The position numbers were made by a program, and so were the translations under genes. The notes under the pieces are model-generated. The model was not told where the DNA came from, did no database searches, and worked only from the letters and a program-made list of their open reading frames with translations. DNA of 63,831 bases, the filler included, from Globobulimina sp. (taxonomy: Eukaryota): the NCBI GenBank assembly GCA_003354225.1. It is 37 parts of 37 records of this genome, joined end to end, with 100 filler letters (N's around TTAATTAATTAA, not from the genome) between each part and the next. Parts side by side here need not be neighbours in the genome. Positions count along the whole stretch, not along the records: positions 60,478 to 62,104 come from PIVH01013926.1; positions 62,205 to 63,831 come from PIVH01013927.1; 35 more parts are not named here. The stretch is one strand, 5' to 3'. Position 1 is the first letter of the stretch; each line of letters begins with the position of its first letter. Positions 60,378 through 63,831 of this stretch are shown in pieces.

Positions 60378-61737
60378 NNNNNNNNNNNNNNNNNNNNNNN
60401 NNNNNNNNNNNNNNNNNNNNNTTAATTAATTAANNNNNNNNNNNNNNNNNNNNNNNNNNNNNNNNNNNNNNNNNNNNTATAGTTAATTATATCCTTTCTG
60501 AATAACTTCTATTGACAGACACATTACTTTACCAATTAATTTTTAAATCTAAACAGATTGCATTTGCAATGCCAGTAGTCTGGATGCATTTAGACAACAA
60601 CAATCAACACTCCACAAATTACTTTATAGGATATATGTCCATGAGCATTATATCAATATCAATTGTTGCTATTTTAACAATGATATTTCCATTAATTTTT
60701 CACAAAAATAATCACATCCGTCAACGAAAAGGTGGTTATGATTATAATATGCCAGTTAACAAGCCTACATACAATAATTTACATAGTATAAGCAAGGAGG
60801 AATCACAGCCTACAAATATTAACATGGAGCATACAAAAAATAATATTCACGTAATTATTTCACCATCTATTAAACCTGGTATTTTATCAAATACAAAATC
60901 TATTATAAGACCATCAATAATAAACAGTCAATTTATCAAAAGTTTACATTCATTATTAAGTATGCCATCTTTACCACCACAAAATACATCAGGTTGTACA
61001 AGTATTACAATGGATAATAGACGAGATTCAAATCAATCAAATGAACCAAATTGGTCCAAAAAAATTACTCTATCTGGATCTTCTACTGTTCATCATCAAG
61101 TTGTTCCGATAATAACAGTAAAAATGAATCGACTCATTCTCATTTCTATAGTAAAGACACGAATAAATTATTGGGAAGTACTGTATTAAAAGGAATAAAT
61201 GAAAGTGAAGAAGATGATGATGAAGTACCATGAATATAAATTGTATAAATTGTGATTGACATATTACTGTTTTTCTTGTTTCTGTTTTTGAGAGGATAGA
61301 ATATAGTATAAATATATACACAAAAATGATAATCAACAAATGATAATAGACATATGTGGGTTTTATAGAATGAATGAATTTATTCATTGTAATTATTTTG
61401 CATTATGTTTTAATTGACTTTTATTTTTGTTTTTCATTGACTCATTTTTGATTGTAATCATTTTGCATTGTGTTTTTGTGTCATTGTATTATAATTATTA
61501 TGAATTTCTTTTTGTTATATAATTAGTTGATTGTTTTATGTGTTTATAACCTGTTTTATAATTTTTGTTGTGTTTAATAATTGTTGTGTCATAAATATAT
61601 TGTTGTTGATGTTGACAATAAATATGACAGCAAACCATGTATTTAATTAATTTTAATTACACACTTACACACTCTGCACACTGAAACCTGAAACCCGTTT
61701 CAGGTCCAGAATAGGATTTTCTGGTTTCCGTAAAAAT

Positions 61738-61920
61738 AGTATAAGATGAAGATACTACTTTTTGCTAAAAACCAATTTTTCCCAACATGACAGAGTATAA
61801 GATGAAGATACTACTTTTTGATCAAAACCAATTTTTTAAAACACACCATCATGGGAGAGATTCACTCTCGGATTTTGGATTTTTGTGTCTTACAGTATAA
61901 GATGAAGATACTACTTTTTG
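61738..61920. repeat. Three identical 27-nt direct repeats (AGTATAAGATGAAGATACTACTTTTTG)
   Basis: Copies at 61738, 61794 and 61894, with gaps of 29 and 73 nt. Confidence 0.9.
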
Positions 61921-62335
61921 ATATATTCGCAAATCATAAAAAACACAATCATAGTATAATGGGAGAGATCATAAAAATTAATAAAACCAATAAAACTAGG
62001 AAGGAAAACAGGTTAAAAATATAATGTTAAAAGAGCTGCCCATCTAGTGAATTCATTGGATTCTTAGTGAACATTTTTAAGGTTTTTCATATAATGTTAA
62101 AAATNNNNNNNNNNNNNNNNNNNNNNNNNNNNNNNNNNNNNNNNNNNNTTAATTAATTAANNNNNNNNNNNNNNNNNNNNNNNNNNNNNNNNNNNNNNNN
62201 NNNNATAATACATCACAACATTGCATTGTGTTTTTACACTTCAGATCGGCTGGGAAAGTCAAATGCAACTGATTTGTAAACAGCACACAAAACATTAATC
62301 AGTGCAAATAATATGTACGTACAAACAAATATGAT

Positions 62336-62933
62336 TTATTTTGTTATAACAGTGAGCAGACTATTTATCATATCCTCGCTTGAATGTGCTGGCACATATT
62401 TTTGTTGAAATATATTATCATTATTCCTCATATTCTCTTTTGTTTTCTTCGTTGTAGCTGTCTCCATCTCAAATTGAGTGAATTCACGGGTTCGGTGAAT
62501 CTCTTTTGTAGTGTTTAATAATGTATTATGTTCTTGATCCATTTGTTGCTGTTTTTCCTTTGTGAATGCTTTCATATTATTCCGATGATATTTAAACTTT
62601 CCTCTTATTTCATCAAATTTGGATACAGAAACCCTATGACTCATAAATAAGGCACCGATTAACATAAATATTGGCATAACCCCAATATGCACGGAAGGCT
62701 TCAAAGTATCCACTGTGGAGTTTACCATTACATCTCTCTGCACCAATTTGCTTGATATAACAACAAAATATGACCATAAATTGGTCCAACATACACCAAA
62801 TGTAAATGCAGCTGTCCATATATTCATTTTTCGAAAGTAATATGGTGGCTTACTCAGCAACGTTACGCATAAAACAATACTTCCAATGAATAATAATGTC
62901 ACCACAATCAATGAATATATTAAAACAGTCTCT
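62336..62933 (-). CDS. Exon of a multi-pass membrane protein
   Basis: Three hydrophobic segments with PPYY; polypyrimidine/AG acceptor upstream. Confidence 0.45.
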
Positions 62934-63831
62934 GCATAGAAAATTAAAACAATTCAACGTTTTATAACTTTTTTTATATTCACAAAAATTATGAAAAGAA
63001 AACAGTACTGAATCAATTATGAGTAGTTTCAACACATTTTTATTCAAATCAGTGCAACAACGCTACAATTTTTCAAAAAAACATTAAAATCAATAATACA
63101 ATGTATCAATCACCGCATTATATGTCTCAATTCAAACAACATCCAAACCACATGGTACAAATACCAATCAATGTTGATGTACACAAACGCAATGAACCTG
63201 ATTACAAACAACAAAAAGCTGGCAAAGATGTCGTGGGAATGTGTATAATGTTTGGAATGGTCATTGTAATGTTTCTATGCTTATTGTACTTGCTTTTTCT
63301 GTGTGCGCCGGACTTTGGTGCTTACTAATTTAATATTTATTATTATTCATAAAACTTAACTATTTTGGGCTGTTCCCGAAATGCCAGAGACAAGAAATAC
63401 CGCTGTTGCAACCATCATAATTTTAACGCTTTTCTCCACCGGCGACAAATCATTTGATCTCTGTGAACATGAATGTATTCTACGTGTGTCGGGTTGGTCG
63501 CCTTTCCATGACATCCAGCTATAAACGTCACATTGATTGATATCGCCATCCAAATACGCGAACCTATAACATAGCGGCAAATATAATGTCAATGTTATAG
63601 CTGTGATAATAATTAATGTGATATGCAAAGCATCGCCGCACGATGGCGTTAGTAATAAATTATTTAAATCATCCTCATTGCAGGTAAATGTCCGCAGGAA
63701 ATTGCGTAACAGCGGGATAAAGCCAATTGTCGTACAGCTCCACGCTAAAACCGCCAGTATTTTGTGCGCTGTTTTGCCCGTTGTAGTGATGGAATATTTT
63801 AATTTGTAACTACAGGCAAATAAAATAATGA

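Larger units (their letters stand above)
1630..62204. other. 36 artificial contig linkers (N44-TTAATTAATTAA-N44, 100 nt each) separating 37 contigs of 1627-1629 nt; span given is first to last linker
   Basis: Identical linker roughly every 1.73 kb (1630-1729, 3359-3458 ... 62105-62204). The core has stops in all six frames, and contig lengths fall monotonically 1629, 1628, 1627. Confidence 0.99.

Noticed and set aside
61738-61920. 27-nt direct repeats as a CRISPR array
   Set aside because: Only three copies, unequal gaps (29 and 73 nt) that share sequence (AAAACCAATTTTT), no cas genes, eukaryotic context.
1-63831. rRNA, tRNA or telomeric repeats
   Set aside because: None recognised by eye; a covariance-model scan was not possible.

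Overview
This window is not one locus. It is a concatenation of 37 unrelated contigs of 1627-1629 nt, sorted by length and joined by 36 artificial 100-nt linkers (N44-TTAATTAATTAA-N44), so adjacency across a linker is meaningless. Most contigs are AT-rich eukaryotic nuclear DNA with the standard genetic code and short GT-AG introns (about 50-160 nt). The gene style suggests a rhizarian, possibly foraminiferan, protist (inference only). Recognisable genes include an ABCC transporter, NT5DC nucleotidase, prolyl 4-hydroxylase, MocD-like desaturase, SAM-RING ligase, a degenerate cyclophilin, TAM41, RPAP1, XPC/Rad4, a SID1/CREST membrane protein, a divergent actin, MTHFR, a KDM4-like JmjC protein and RPA2. 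Mobile DNA is abundant: a hAT 3' end apparently inserted into a retroelement RNase H, a second decayed copy of that RNase H, an RLE-type non-LTR fragment, a Ty3/gypsy-like gag, a Tc1/mariner-type MITE, foldback inverted repeats and a Polinton/adintovirus-like capsid module. The most interesting observations are (1) a 161-nt intron whose GT and AG are formed by the ends of a long terminal inverted repeat (introner-like), (2) the Polinton-like virus module, (3) an in-frame fusion of a giant-virus-type oxygenase N-terminus to a bacterial REC-Hpt tail, probably a chimera, (4) a ubiquitin-like protein ending GG-EFVE fused to GPRGG adaptor repeats, and (5) an actin carrying a 29-aa inserted helical module. 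All family assignments come from motif recognition by eye, not from database searches.
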